The notes under the pieces were generated by a model. The model ran no database searches, was not told the origin of the DNA, and saw only the letters and a list, made by a program, of their open reading frames with translations. A program made the position numbers and the translations under genes. A stretch of 64,000 nt of DNA, taken from positions 4,448,001 through 4,512,000 of the forward strand of contig OZ245002.1 of NCBI GenBank assembly GCA_965223415.1, written 5' to 3'. Below, one piece after another: positions 1-9,153 of the stretch. Numbering within the stretch: the first letter of the stretch is position 1; each line of letters opens with the position of its first letter. The DNA is from Myxococcota bacterium. Lineage in GTDB: Bacteria; Myxococcota_A; UBA9160; UBA6930.

Positions 1-540
1 GGCGCCGTAGGCGCGGGCCAGGGCGTCGTCGATCTCGTCGACGACGACGGGCATGCGGATGCGGAGACCGATGGCGCAGCTGGCGGCGGCTTCGGTGCGC
101 TCCTCGGTGGTGGTGGGGTCGTCGAAGGCGATGTCCTCGTCGCGGTTCATGCTGACGACCCAGCCGTCCTCCGGGTGGGCCTCGCGGATGTAGACGACGA
201 CGAAGTCGACCCGGTCGCGGTAGCGCTCCCACTGCTCGTGCAGGGCGCCCAACTGGGCGCGGAACGGCGGTCAGGTATAGGAGCCGAATACGAGCGCCAC
301 GGGACGCTTCCGGGCGGCGCCGTGGAGGTGGAAGGTCTCGCCGGTCTCCCGGCGCACGCCCTCCCTGAAGTCGTAGACCGGGAGCGAGAAGTCGTGGGCC
401 AGATCGGCCGGGGCCAGCTTCGCACGGGTCAGGTCCTGCACCTTGGCGTCGGCGAAGAGGTCCGGCGGCGTCTTCGGCGAGTCGTCCGGGGTGATGGCCT
501 TCCAGTCGAAGCCCTCGGGGAGGATGTCGTCCTGTGCCAT
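1..540 (-). CDS. Iodothyronine deiodinase-like selenoprotein (Sec at TGA 271-273); continues beyond window start
   Basis: ATG at 540. The frame reads ...PVALVFGSYT-TGA-PPFRAQLGALHEQWERYRDRVDFVVVYIREAHPEDGW...MPVVVDEIDDALARAYGA with no further stop to base 1. Matches deiodinase motifs FGSxTUPPF and YIxEAHxxDGW. Confidence 0.93.
245..260 (-). promoter_or_regulatory. Candidate bacterial SECIS hairpin
   Basis: mRNA GCGCCC-AGUU-GGGCGC; loop starts 16 nt after the UGA and has G at loop position 2 followed by U. Confidence 0.75.
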
Positions 541-545
541 TCCGT

Positions 546-552
546 TACTGTA
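546..552. promoter_or_regulatory. Symmetric bidirectional -10 element (TACTGTA)
   Basis: TACTGT on + lies 7 nt before GTG 559; TACAGT on - lies 6 nt before ATG 540; no SD on either side. Confidence 0.6.
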
Positions 553-558
553 GCGCGC

Positions 559-1455
559 GTGCACGCCGCCCTCGCCCAGCTCCTCCAGGTGCTCGATCTG
601 CGTCCGGAGGGCGCCGACGTGTTCGTCGGGAGCAACGAGCCCGGGCGCCACCGCCGGCTCTTCGGGGGGCAGGTGGCGGGCCAGGCCCTGGCCGCCGCGG
701 CTCGCACCGTCGAAGGCCGGCCCGCCCACTCCCTCCACGCCTACTTTCTGCGTGGCGGGGATCCAGAGCTCCCGGTCCGCTACGAGGTGGACCGCATCCG
801 AGACGGCTCGTCCTTCACGACCCGCCGCGTGGTCGCGATGCAGGGCGAGCGGGCCATCTTCAACCTCTCCGCCTCGTTCCACGCGCCCGAGCCCAGCTAC
901 GAGCACCAGGCGCCGCTGCCGGCCGTGGTCGGGCCCGAGGGCCTGCCCACCTGGGAGGAGCGGGCCCGCGACGTCGAGTTGCAGATTCCCGAGCCCGCCC
1001 GCGGCTGGCTCACGAACGAGACCCCCATCGAGATCCGCACGGAGCATGCGCCCAGCTGGTTCGCCCGCCAGCCGACGGCGGGCCCCAACACGGTCTGGCT
1101 CAAGGCTCGAGGTGAGCTTCCGGACGACCCGCTGCTCCACCAGTGCCTGTTCGCCTACGCCTCGGACATGGGCTTCGTCGACAATCTCTTCCGTCCCCAC
1201 GCCGGCGGAAAGCGCGACGTGATGATCGCCAGCCTCGACCACGCCCTGTGGCTGCACCGCCCTTTCCGCATGGACGACTGGCTGGTCTCGATCCAGGAGA
1301 GCCCGGCGGCCTACGGCGCCCGGGGCTTCGCCCAGGCCGCCGTCTACACCGCCGACGGAACGCGGGTGGCCAGCGTCGTGCAGGAGGGGCTCCTGCGACG
1401 CATCGGCCAGGAGGCGCTCTGGGACCGTGAGATGGGTGGGCCGCGTCCCGAGTAG
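559..1455 (+). CDS. tesB: Acyl-CoA thioesterase II
   Basis: LFGGQVAGQAL, HSLHAYFLRGGD, RDGSSFTTRRV, YASD, ASLDHALWLH, QEGL motifs; GTG 559 chosen as start. Confidence 0.92.
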   Translation: MHAALAQLLQVLDLRPEGADVFVGSNEPGRHRRLFGGQVAGQALAAAARTVEGRPAHSLHAYFLRGGDPELPVRYEVDRIRDGSSFTTRRVVAMQGERAIFNLSASFHAPEPSYEHQAPLPAVVGPEGLPTWEERARDVELQIPEPARGWLTNETPIEIRTEHAPSWFARQPTAGPNTVWLKARGELPDDPLLHQCLFAYASDMGFVDNLFRPHAGGKRDVMIASLDHALWLHRPFRMDDWLVSIQESPAAYGARGFAQAAVYTADGTRVASVVQEGLLRRIGQEALWDREMGGPRPE

Positions 1456-1469
1456 GACGAAACGGGCGC

Positions 1470-1661
1470 CTAGCTCTCGACGCGCAGCGCCTCTTCCGGG
1501 CAGTTGACGACGGCCAGTCGGGCGCGGGTCTCGTGCTCCGGGGGCACGTCCGGCGCCAGCACCACGCAGTAGCCCTCGTCGTCCTCGCCGAACACGTCAG
1601 GGGCGAGCGCATAGCAACGCCCGTGCCCGACACAGGTCGCGCGGTCGAGGGCCACCTTCAA
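1470..1661 (-). CDS. [3Fe-4S]-type ferredoxin, P450 partner
   Basis: CVGHGRC...CPEEAL; directly downstream of P450. Confidence 0.9.
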   Translation of the reverse strand: MKVALDRATCVGHGRCYALAPDVFGEDDEGYCVVLAPDVPPEHETRARLAVVNCPEEALRVES

Positions 1662-1700
1662 GGCGCCGGCCCCGCGAGGGCCACCTTCAAGGCGCCGGCC
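1646..1700. repeat. 26-bp exact direct repeat (period 29) at the P450/ferredoxin junction
   Basis: cgagggccaccttcaaggcgccggcc at 1646-1671 and 1675-1700. Confidence 0.95.
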
Positions 1701-2895
1701 AGACCAGCGGCAGGTAGGTCACTTCGCGGATGCCCGGGCTGTAGCGCGGCGTCTCGCCGGGCCGGATCGCGTAGCTCGGGATCCGCTCGTGCCACACCTC
1801 CATGGCCACCTGCAGCTCCATGCGGGCCAGGTGGGAGCCGAGGCAGCGGTGGGGGCCCGAGCCGAAGGCCACGTGGCGGTTGCGCTCGCGGCCCAGGTCC
1901 ACCTCCTCGGGGCGCGGGAACTCGCCCTCGTCCACGTTCGCCGCGCCGAGCAGCAGCGTGACCAGCTGGCCCTCCTCGAGGGTCACGTCGTGGAGCGTCG
2001 TTCGCTGCTTCACGACCCGGGGCACGCCGGTGACCGGCGTCTCCCAGCGCATCAGCTCCTCGATGGCCGCCGGGATCAGTGTGGGGTCGGCCACGAGCCG
2101 CTCCCGCTGGGCCGGGTTCGCGGCCAGGTAGGCGACGTTGCATCCGAGGGTCGCGGTCACCGTGTCGAGGCCCGCCAGGATCAGGAGGAAGCTCACGTCG
2201 AGGACCTCTTCGTCGCTGAGCCGCTGGCCGTCGATCTCCGCCTGGAGCAGGTAGGAAAGCAGGTCCTCCCCCGGCCGATCGCGGCGCTCCTTCATCACCT
2301 CGCGGAAGTAGCCGTAGATCTCCGCTCCGGTCTGCTTGCGGTGCGCGACGAGACTCTCGGCCGTGACCTCGCCCTCGACCTGGGCCTGGGGCCGGATGAT
2401 GCCGTCCTTCAGGCGCAGGAAGAAGGGGAGCTCGCTCTGGGGCAGGCCCATCAGGCTGAGGAAGGCGCTGCAGGGCAGCGGGATGGCGAAGGCCGGATCG
2501 AAGTCGCAGTGGCCCTGGCCGAGGAACGCGTCGATGAGCTCGTTGGCCTGCTGCCGCACGGCGGGCTCGATGGCCGTCATGCGCTTCCGCGAGAACTGGG
2601 GATCGAGCAGCTTGCGGAAGCGGGTCTGGGCTGGCGGGTCGATCTGCTGGGGAATCATCGGCCGCTCGGTGCCGAGCATCACCTGCATCTCCATCTCCGA
2701 CGAGAAGATCTCGGGATGCCGCAGGGCCCAGACCACGTCCTCGTAGCGGGAGATCACCGGTCCGTCGGTGAGGGCCTGCCGCGCGACGGGACAGTGGAGG
2801 TTCAGGTCGCGGTAGGTGGCCTGGGGACAGGCGGCGTGCTCGCCGCTGAAGAGGTTGACCGTCCCCGTGCCCCGGTCCAGGTGGGATTCGCTCAT
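1687..2895 (-). CDS. Cytochrome P450
   Basis: AGLDT I-helix, EELMR (ExxR), FGSGPHRCLG heme motif. Confidence 0.96.
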   Translation of the reverse strand: MSESHLDRGTGTVNLFSGEHAACPQATYRDLNLHCPVARQALTDGPVISRYEDVVWALRHPEIFSSEMEMQVMLGTERPMIPQQIDPPAQTRFRKLLDPQFSRKRMTAIEPAVRQQANELIDAFLGQGHCDFDPAFAIPLPCSAFLSLMGLPQSELPFFLRLKDGIIRPQAQVEGEVTAESLVAHRKQTGAEIYGYFREVMKERRDRPGEDLLSYLLQAEIDGQRLSDEEVLDVSFLLILAGLDTVTATLGCNVAYLAANPAQRERLVADPTLIPAAIEELMRWETPVTGVPRVVKQRTTLHDVTLEEGQLVTLLLGAANVDEGEFPRPEEVDLGRERNRHVAFGSGPHRCLGSHLARMELQVAMEVWHERIPSYAIRPGETPRYSPGIREVTYLPLVWPAP

Positions 2896-2953
2896 GGTCG
2901 GCCTCCACCGGCAGCGTACCGCAGGCGGAGGTGCGAGCGATGGAGCGGGGGGG

Positions 2954-3595
2954 CTAGGCCTGGCGGCGAGCCCGCACCGGGCGGCCGGCGAGGGCCAGGC
3001 CCGCCAGGCCGAGCACGAGCATCACCGAGGTGGCCGGCTCCGCCACGGACTCGAAGTGGAACTCGTCGAAGATGATCAGGTTGCTGCCGCTGACCGCGAT
3101 GCTGTCGAAGGCGATGCCGGCGAAGCCGAGCACGTGGCCGTTGCAGCAGGCGGTGTCGGTGAAGGTGAGGGACTCGACCAGGCTGCCCCCCAGGTAGGCG
3201 TCGAGGGTGATCGTGTTGCCCTTGTTCGTCGCGAAGAAGGCGGCGAAGTCGGTCATCACCGAGGTGAAGCTCACCGTGAAGTTGATCGGCGGGAGGGCGC
3301 CGCCCGGGGCGGCGCTGGAGCGGAAGTTGGCCATGCTGGCGCCGTCGAAGTTCGGGAAGAAGCGCGTGTTCTCGAACCAGACGTTCGGCGAGAAGGTGAT
3401 GCCCAGGCCCGCGAACTCGTTGGTCACGGCCTGGAAGGGGGTCAGCGGCACCTCGTCGAAGTCGATCACGGTCTCGCTGCCGCTGAAGCCGGCGAAGCTG
3501 CCGTCGAGGATCGGAACGGCCTGGGCGCTCGTGGCCAGCACGAGGGCGCTCAGGCCGGCCAGGGCCAGACGGAGGAGGGAGGGGGAGCGATTCAT
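2954..3595 (-). CDS. Secreted PEP-CTERM-like surface protein (variant VAEP)
   Basis: Signal peptide ending ATSAQA; C-terminus VAEPATSVMLVLGLAGLALAG followed by basic RPVRARR. Confidence 0.8.
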   Translation of the reverse strand: MNRSPSLLRLALAGLSALVLATSAQAVPILDGSFAGFSGSETVIDFDEVPLTPFQAVTNEFAGLGITFSPNVWFENTRFFPNFDGASMANFRSSAAPGGALPPINFTVSFTSVMTDFAAFFATNKGNTITLDAYLGGSLVESLTFTDTACCNGHVLGFAGIAFDSIAVSGSNLIIFDEFHFESVAEPATSVMLVLGLAGLALAGRPVRARRQA

Positions 3596-3690
3596 GGTCG
3601 GGATTCCTGAGGTGAGCTGCGTCACAAATTCTCATCGGGTGTTTTCTCCAACGACTTGAGTCGGTCCCCGAGGGGTGGTACCACCAGGCC

Positions 3691-4113
3691 ATGTCGGACC
3701 TCGAAGACCGCCTGGCGATCCAGGACCTGCTCTCCCGCTACGCCCACGCCATCGATGACCGGGACTGGCCCGCCCTGGAGGCCTGCTTCGCACCCGGGGC
3801 CCGGGTGCTCTACGGCGGCACGAAGCCCCTGGAAGGGCCGGAGGCCACCGCAGCCTATTGCCGGGCTGTGGTGGAGCCCCTGGACGGCACCCAGCATCGG
3901 GTGGCCTCGGCCCTGATCGAAGTCGACGGCGTTCGGGCCCGCTCCCGCTGCCATCTTGCGGCGGAGCACTGGACCGCGGCCGGTCGCTACACGGTGGGCG
4001 GCACCTACGTGGACGAGCTGGCCCGCACCGCCGACGGCTGGCAGATCACCGCGCGAGAGCTGCGGGTCACCTGGACCGAAGGCGATCCGTCGGTGCTCGC
4101 GCGGCGCTCCTAG
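3691..4113 (+). CDS. SnoaL/NTF2-like protein
   Basis: DRLAIQDLLSRYAHAIDDRDW...GTYVDELARTADGWQITAR. Confidence 0.88.
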   Translation: MSDLEDRLAIQDLLSRYAHAIDDRDWPALEACFAPGARVLYGGTKPLEGPEATAAYCRAVVEPLDGTQHRVASALIEVDGVRARSRCHLAAEHWTAAGRYTVGGTYVDELARTADGWQITARELRVTWTEGDPSVLARRS

Positions 4114-4128
4114 GCGCGGTTCGCGGCC

Positions 4129-4929
4129 TCAGCCCTTCCGCGCCCGCCGCAGCTTGACCAGGTAGTTCCCGCGCTTCTCGTCCCACTCCAGCTCCACGGC
4201 GCCCTTGTCCTCCAGGGCCTCCAGCAGGTCGTGGAAGGAGGAGAAGCCCGCGGCGGATTCGCTGAAGCCGGGATAGACCCGCTTCACGGTCTGCTTGACC
4301 ATCGAGCCCCAGATCTGGTCGTAGTCGCCGGCCAGGGACTCGACGATCTCGAACACCTGCTTCAGCCCCTCGCCGAGGGGCGCCGGCGCCTTCGCGCCGC
4401 CGCTCTTGCTCTTCGCCGTCTTCGTCTTCGGGGCCGCCCGCTCGGCGCGTCCGCGCTCCGCCCGCACGAGATCGTCGTAGTAAAGGAACTCGTCGGAGGC
4501 GTTGACCAGGAGATCGGAGGTGGAGCTCTTCACGCCGCAGCTGATCACCCGCTTGTCGTTCTCCTTCAGCTTCGCGACGAGGGGGGAGAAGTCGCTGTCG
4601 CCGGAGAGCAGGGCGAAGAGGTCGATGTGCTGCTTCGCATAACAGAGGTCGAGGGCGTCGACGACCATGTGGATGTCCGCGCTGTTCTTCCCGCTCACCT
4701 TGGTCTGGGGGATGTCGACCATCTCGACGCCGTGGCGGTGGAGCTCTTTACCCTCTTTCTGGTAGCCGCTCCAGTCGCAGTAGGCGCGCTTGTACACGAT
4801 GCGGCCCTTCTCGAGCAGGCGCTTCAGGACCAGGTCGATCTTGATCGGGCCCAGCTTCGAGCGTCGTGCGCCGATCGCCAGGTTCTCGAAGTCGATGAAG
4901 ACGGCGATCAGCGGCTCGCTGTCGGCCAT
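4129..4929 (-). CDS. NYN-domain (PIN-like) protein with C-terminal OST-HTH/LOTUS domain
   Basis: VFIDFEN, GKNSADI, SGDSDF, DEFLYYDDL; C-terminal PGFSESAAGFSSFHDLL. Confidence 0.9.
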   Translation of the reverse strand: MADSEPLIAVFIDFENLAIGARRSKLGPIKIDLVLKRLLEKGRIVYKRAYCDWSGYQKEGKELHRHGVEMVDIPQTKVSGKNSADIHMVVDALDLCYAKQHIDLFALLSGDSDFSPLVAKLKENDKRVISCGVKSSTSDLLVNASDEFLYYDDLVRAERGRAERAAPKTKTAKSKSGGAKAPAPLGEGLKQVFEIVESLAGDYDQIWGSMVKQTVKRVYPGFSESAAGFSSFHDLLEALEDKGAVELEWDEKRGNYLVKLRRARKG

Positions 4930-4942
4930 GGATGGGTGTCCT

Positions 4943-5179
4943 TCACTCGAGCAGGGCTTCCTCGTCGCTCACGGCGGACGCGGCGATCGGGTGGGGGGCG
5001 TACTCGTGGCCGTCGTTCCAGCCGGGCAGCTTCTCCGCCTCGGCGAGCCACGACGCCGCGATGGCGTCGTCGACGATGACGGAGCTTCCGTCGTCGCACA
5101 GCCCCTCCCAGAGCTCCTGGCCGCCGGACTCCCACCAGATGCGGGAGGCGTGCTCGAAGTCCACCTGGAGCTTGGTCAC
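4943..5179 (-). CDS. Small acidic hypothetical protein
   Basis: 78-aa ORF with host-like codon usage, co-oriented directly upstream of the NYN gene. Confidence 0.65.
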   Translation of the reverse strand: MTKLQVDFEHASRIWWESGGQELWEGLCDDGSSVIVDDAIAASWLAEAEKLPGWNDGHEYAPHPIAASAVSDEEALLE

Positions 5180-5197
5180 CGCGGGTTGATAGCCGGC

Positions 5198-5257
5198 GCT
5201 CCGCTCCCGAGCCAGTCGGTGGAACCCCGGGGGCTCAGCCCACGAGCCAGTCGGCGG
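5198..5257. repeat. Degenerate 25-bp direct repeat (period 35) duplicating the 3' end of the HupE/UreJ gene
   Basis: gctccgctcccgagccagtcggtgg (5198-5222) vs gctcagcccacgagccagtcggcgg (5233-5257), 21/25 identical. Confidence 0.65.
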
Positions 5258-6221
5258 CTCGCTGCAAGCACCAGAAGACGCCCAGGCTGCCGATCACGGT
5301 GGCCGGCAGCTCGGCGAGCAGGCGCGGCAGGGAGGGCTCGGCGCGGCGCAGCATCCGGACCGCGCCCCAGCCGAGGAGCACGACGCCGATCTGCCCCAGC
5401 TCGATCCCGACGTTGAAGGCGAAGAGCGCCAGCGGGATGGCGTGGCCCGGCAGGCCCAGCTCGGCCAGTGCGCCGGCAAAGCCCAGGCCGTGGATCAGGC
5501 CGAAGGCGGCCGGCGCCATCCACGGCCGGCGCACCAGAGGCGAGGCGTCGGGCCGGGGCACGGTCGCCTCCCGGGCCAGGGCCACCAGGGTGCCGGCGAT
5601 GGCCAGCTCGACCAGGCCCTGGGGCAGGCCGATCACGCCGAGCACCGCGAGGGCCAGGGTGACGCTGTGGCCGAGGGTGAACGCGGTGACCGCGGCGAGG
5701 AGCTTGCGCGCGCTCGGCATGAGCAGCATGAGGCCGAGGACGAAGAGCAGGTGGTCCGGCCCGCCGAGCAGGTGCTCGACGCCGAGGCGCAAGTAGCCCA
5801 GGAAGACCTGGCCCCGGCTCTCCCGCTCCGGGACCTGCATCTCGGGCTCGCTTCGGGTGAGGATGGTGCGCACCTCGCGGCCGTCGGCGAAGGCGATGCG
5901 CACCAGCGCGTCGGTGCCGCTGGCCTCGAGGCCCTCGACCGCGATCCGCTCGCCGACGAGGCCGGTCGGACAGGTGAGCCGGATGCGGGTGACCCAGGCC
6001 GTGTCCTCGGCCGAGGTCTCGGGCTCGCCGGCCGGCTGGCAGCCCGCCGGGAGGATCGGCTCCACCCGCGCACCCCGGGCCACGATGCGCGAGGTCTTCC
6101 ACAGGGCCTCGACCCGGCCGCCTTCGTCTTCCTCGAGCGAGAGGAAGGAGGGCGCGAGGCGATGGGCGCTCGCCGGCGCGGCCAGGGCCGACGCGAAGAG
6201 CACGAGGGCGATGGCCCGCAT
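5235..6221 (-). CDS. HupE/UreJ-family membrane protein with N-terminal exported domain
   Basis: Signal peptide ASA-H; LGVEHLLGGPDHLLF, TAFTLGHSVTL, FGLIHGLGFA, FNVGIELGQ. Confidence 0.9.
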   Translation of the reverse strand: MRAIALVLFASALAAPASAHRLAPSFLSLEEDEGGRVEALWKTSRIVARGARVEPILPAGCQPAGEPETSAEDTAWVTRIRLTCPTGLVGERIAVEGLEASGTDALVRIAFADGREVRTILTRSEPEMQVPERESRGQVFLGYLRLGVEHLLGGPDHLLFVLGLMLLMPSARKLLAAVTAFTLGHSVTLALAVLGVIGLPQGLVELAIAGTLVALAREATVPRPDASPLVRRPWMAPAAFGLIHGLGFAGALAELGLPGHAIPLALFAFNVGIELGQIGVVLLGWGAVRMLRRAEPSLPRLLAELPATVIGSLGVFWCLQRAADWLVG

Positions 6222-7102
6222 CACGACGCGGCTCCGGGCTCGTTCGACGATGGGCCTCTGGGATCGCTGGCGCCGGGCGGCGGCAGGTCGTAGCGGGCCC
6301 GGAGCTCGGCGATCCATTCCTCGAGCGCCCGAGCCCCGCGCTCGGCGAGGAGCGACTCGCGCACCTCGGTGCGCACGGCGTCCAGGGGCACGGGGCCCTC
6401 GGGCGTGCGGTCGTGGAGGTACACCCAGTGGTGTCCGTAGGCGGAGGCGATCGGTCCGGACCAGGCCCGATCTCCTGCGGCGAAGGCCTCGCGTGCGAAG
6501 TCCGGGCCCAGCAGCTTGGCGAGCTCCCGCTCCGCGTGGCGGGGCAGGTGCATCGGAATCGGCAACGGGTGGGGAAGGGCGCGCAGGGCGGGGTCCTCCG
6601 GGTCCGGCGGGTCGGGCAGGCGGTTCGCCACCGCCCGCGCCGCCTCGGGGGTGCGGAAGTAGAGCTGGGTTGCCGTCACCCGGGCCGGTCGCCGCCAGCG
6701 CTCCGGGTGGGCATCCAGGTAGGCCTGCAGCTCCTGCTCGGTGGGAGCGGGGTGGCGGCCGCGCTCCTGGCCGAGCAGGCGAAGCTTCTGGACCAGCCGC
6801 CGCCTCACGACCAGATCGCTCTCGTGCATGCCGAGCGCCAACGCTTCCTCCACCAGGTCGGCGTCGCTGCGCGCCTCGTCGGCTCCGGCGAAGCGCATGT
6901 TGCGGGCGAGGCGCATGCGCACGATCGAGTCGCTCTCGTGGTAGCCCCGCAGCACGGCCTCGCGGAACAGGAGCTCGTCGTCGCTGAGCGCCGTCCCGGG
7001 AGGCGCGGGGGGACGGTTCGCGTCGGCGACGCGGCCCATCAGCCCGTCCGCCAGGAAGAGCGTCACGCCCAGCACGACGAAGCGGAGGAGCGGCCGTTTC
7101 AC
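6221..7102 (-). CDS. Parvulin/rotamase-like (PPIase-like) protein
   Basis: N-terminal TM segment; [28 protein letters not shown] start overlaps the DUF3604 stop. Confidence 0.78.
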   Translation of the reverse strand: MKRPLLRFVVLGVTLFLADGLMGRVADANRPPAPPGTALSDDELLFREAVLRGYHESDSIVRMRLARNMRFAGADEARSDADLVEEALALGMHESDLVVRRRLVQKLRLLGQERGRHPAPTEQELQAYLDAHPERWRRPARVTATQLYFRTPEAARAVANRLPDPPDPEDPALRALPHPLPIPMHLPRHAERELAKLLGPDFAREAFAAGDRAWSGPIASAYGHHWVYLHDRTPEGPVPLDAVRTEVRESLLAERGARALEEWIAELRARYDLPPPGASDPRGPSSNEPGAAS

Positions 7103-9018
7103 GAGCTCTCCTCGCCGGCGGGCCGATACCAGATGGGCGAGGTCCAGGCGCGCTCCTGGACGACGGGCCGGTGGTCCTCGCTGCAGCAGGCTTCGTAGCC
7201 CTCGCCGATCGTCGCCGGGTCGGCGCAGTCGACGCCGGCGGCGAGGCACAGGCGCTGGCTCCAGCGGCAGGTCGGGTTCTGCAGCACGCGGGCGTAGTAG
7301 AAGGCCGGCTGCTGCGGGTCGAAGGCGGGGTCGCGCCACACGCTGCAGAGCGAACGCGCGCCCACTCCGCGCGGCTCGCAGGTGGTCGGATCGACGTCGG
7401 CCCCGTTCGGGCCGCCGGCCACGTCGAAGACCTGCTCGCGAGGGGTGTCGCCCTCGAGCCAGCCCTTCACGATCTGCACCCGCTGCAGCGGGACGCCGGG
7501 GCGCCCTGGCGGGCCCGGATCCTGGAGCGCCCAGACCGCCAGGGCCGGGGCGCCGACCTCTGGCGGGCGCGGACCGAGATCGGCGCCCATCGGCACGCCG
7601 CCCTCGTAGCCCTGCTCGACGAAGTCGTCGCTCCCGCACAGCGCGGCGGAGGTGTCCCATCCGCCGAACAGGCGGACGGTCAGGCGCGGCCCGCTCGTGC
7701 CGTAGACCTCGCGGCGCTGCATGGCGGCGAACAGCGCGTCCCGGCTGTTCTCCTCGGCCCACACCACCGCCAGCCCGCCGGGGCCGAACTCCGGGTTGTC
7801 CGGCAGGCCCGGCGGCAGCGCATCGGCGGCGGGATCACCGGCGCCCCCGTGGCCCGGGTAGTCGGACTCGGCGACCAGGCCTGGCGTTCCGAGATGGGTA
7901 TCCGTGCTTGCAACGAGGCCGTAGCGGAACGGGTTGGCGCCGAGCTCTCGCTCGAGGCGCAGGCCTTCCTTCAGGGCGTGGCGAACGAACTGGCTCGGCC
8001 GCGGCGTCGAGTCCCCTCCGGAGAACTGGGCCCCGAAGCTGTCGACGGAGAGCTTCTCGAAGCCGCAGGCCTCGTCGGTGGTGTCGCCGCCGAGGAGGCA
8101 CTCCGAGTCGCCCTTGTGCTGCATGACCTCCACCAGGGGCTCCCAGCGGGCGCGCCGCCGTGCCTCTTCCTCGCCGATCGGTGCGCCCACCTCCGCCGCG
8201 GAGAGGAACAGCAGGCCTCCGTCCAGGTTCGAGTTGTGGGGGATCGTGAGCACGTCGCAGCCGGGCATGGCGCCCAGGCACTCCCGATCGAGTGCGTCCC
8301 AGAGATCCCTCGCGGTGACGCCAGTCTCCATCACGCTGATCGGCAGCTCCGGGACCCGATCGTTCCGGAAGACGACGTTGCGGTGGAGGTTCTTGCCCGT
8401 GGCGCCGCTGGCGGTCCACTCGTAGCCCACGAAGCTGGTGAAGCGGCAGCTCGGGGTGCGGTCGTAGGCGGCCTCGGCGGCGGCCCGCGTGTCGTCCCAC
8501 ACCGTGCGCGCGGCGTTCAGACAGTGGACGTCGTCCTCGCCGCAGAAGCCCCAGCGCTCGCCGCCGTCGCTGTAGCTGAAGTTCATCGCGTAGAAGGCGA
8601 TGCGGGGGAAGCTGCGATACAGGTGGCACACGAGCGAGCCGTGGCCCGGGGAGCCCGGCGTCTTGCACACGTGCACCTCCCCGATCTGCTCGGCGTGGTC
8701 GGTGACCACCGCGAAGTCCAGGGGCCGGTCGAGGCGAACCGTGCGCTGGGGCAGGCCGTCCGCGTCCCAGGGCTGGATGCCCAGGGCCTCGCCCTGCGCG
8801 AAGGCGTAGGCGTCCCGGGGCGTGCTGCGGGTTCCCTGGGTGCTGGCGTCCTGGCTGTAGCCGGTGTGCACGTGGGTATCGCCGAAGAAGGGCCGGCGCA
8901 GCGGGTCGTGCTGGCTGCAGGGCTCGCGGGTCTCGGTCCGTGCGAAGGGCGGGGCAGCGGCGTGCGCCGCCGCGCTCGCGACGGCCCAGACGAGGACGAT
9001 GAGGGCGATCTTCGGCAA
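7099..9018 (-). CDS. DUF3604 family secreted PHP-like metalloprotein
   Basis: TTG start after [57 protein letters not shown]. Confidence 0.88.
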   Translation of the reverse strand: MPKIALIVLVWAVASAAAHAAAPPFARTETREPCSQHDPLRRPFFGDTHVHTGYSQDASTQGTRSTPRDAYAFAQGEALGIQPWDADGLPQRTVRLDRPLDFAVVTDHAEQIGEVHVCKTPGSPGHGSLVCHLYRSFPRIAFYAMNFSYSDGGERWGFCGEDDVHCLNAARTVWDDTRAAAEAAYDRTPSCRFTSFVGYEWTASGATGKNLHRNVVFRNDRVPELPISVMETGVTARDLWDALDRECLGAMPGCDVLTIPHNSNLDGGLLFLSAAEVGAPIGEEEARRRARWEPLVEVMQHKGDSECLLGGDTTDEACGFEKLSVDSFGAQFSGGDSTPRPSQFVRHALKEGLRLERELGANPFRYGLVASTDTHLGTPGLVAESDYPGHGGAGDPAADALPPGLPDNPEFGPGGLAVVWAEENSRDALFAAMQRREVYGTSGPRLTVRLFGGWDTSAALCGSDDFVEQGYEGGVPMGADLGPRPPEVGAPALAVWALQDPGPPGRPGVPLQRVQIVKGWLEGDTPREQVFDVAGGPNGADVDPTTCEPRGVGARSLCSVWRDPAFDPQQPAFYYARVLQNPTCRWSQRLCLAAGVDCADPATIGEGYEACCSEDHRPVVQERAWTSPIWYRPAGEESS

Positions 9019-9153
9019 CGGTCCTCCCGCCGAGGGCAAGCCTCCGGCCGTGGGGGGCGGAGCATAACCGGCCGGATCCGGGGGGCGAAACCGCCTCTCT
9101 CGAGCGCCCGCTCGGCTCGATTCGCCCACGCCCAAGTGATACGGTGGCCCGTC

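Noticed and set aside
7171..9153. 1220-aa ORF suggesting a large N-terminal fusion to IlvD
   Set aside because: The extension is the antisense shadow of DUF3604; IlvD homology starts at ATG 9154.
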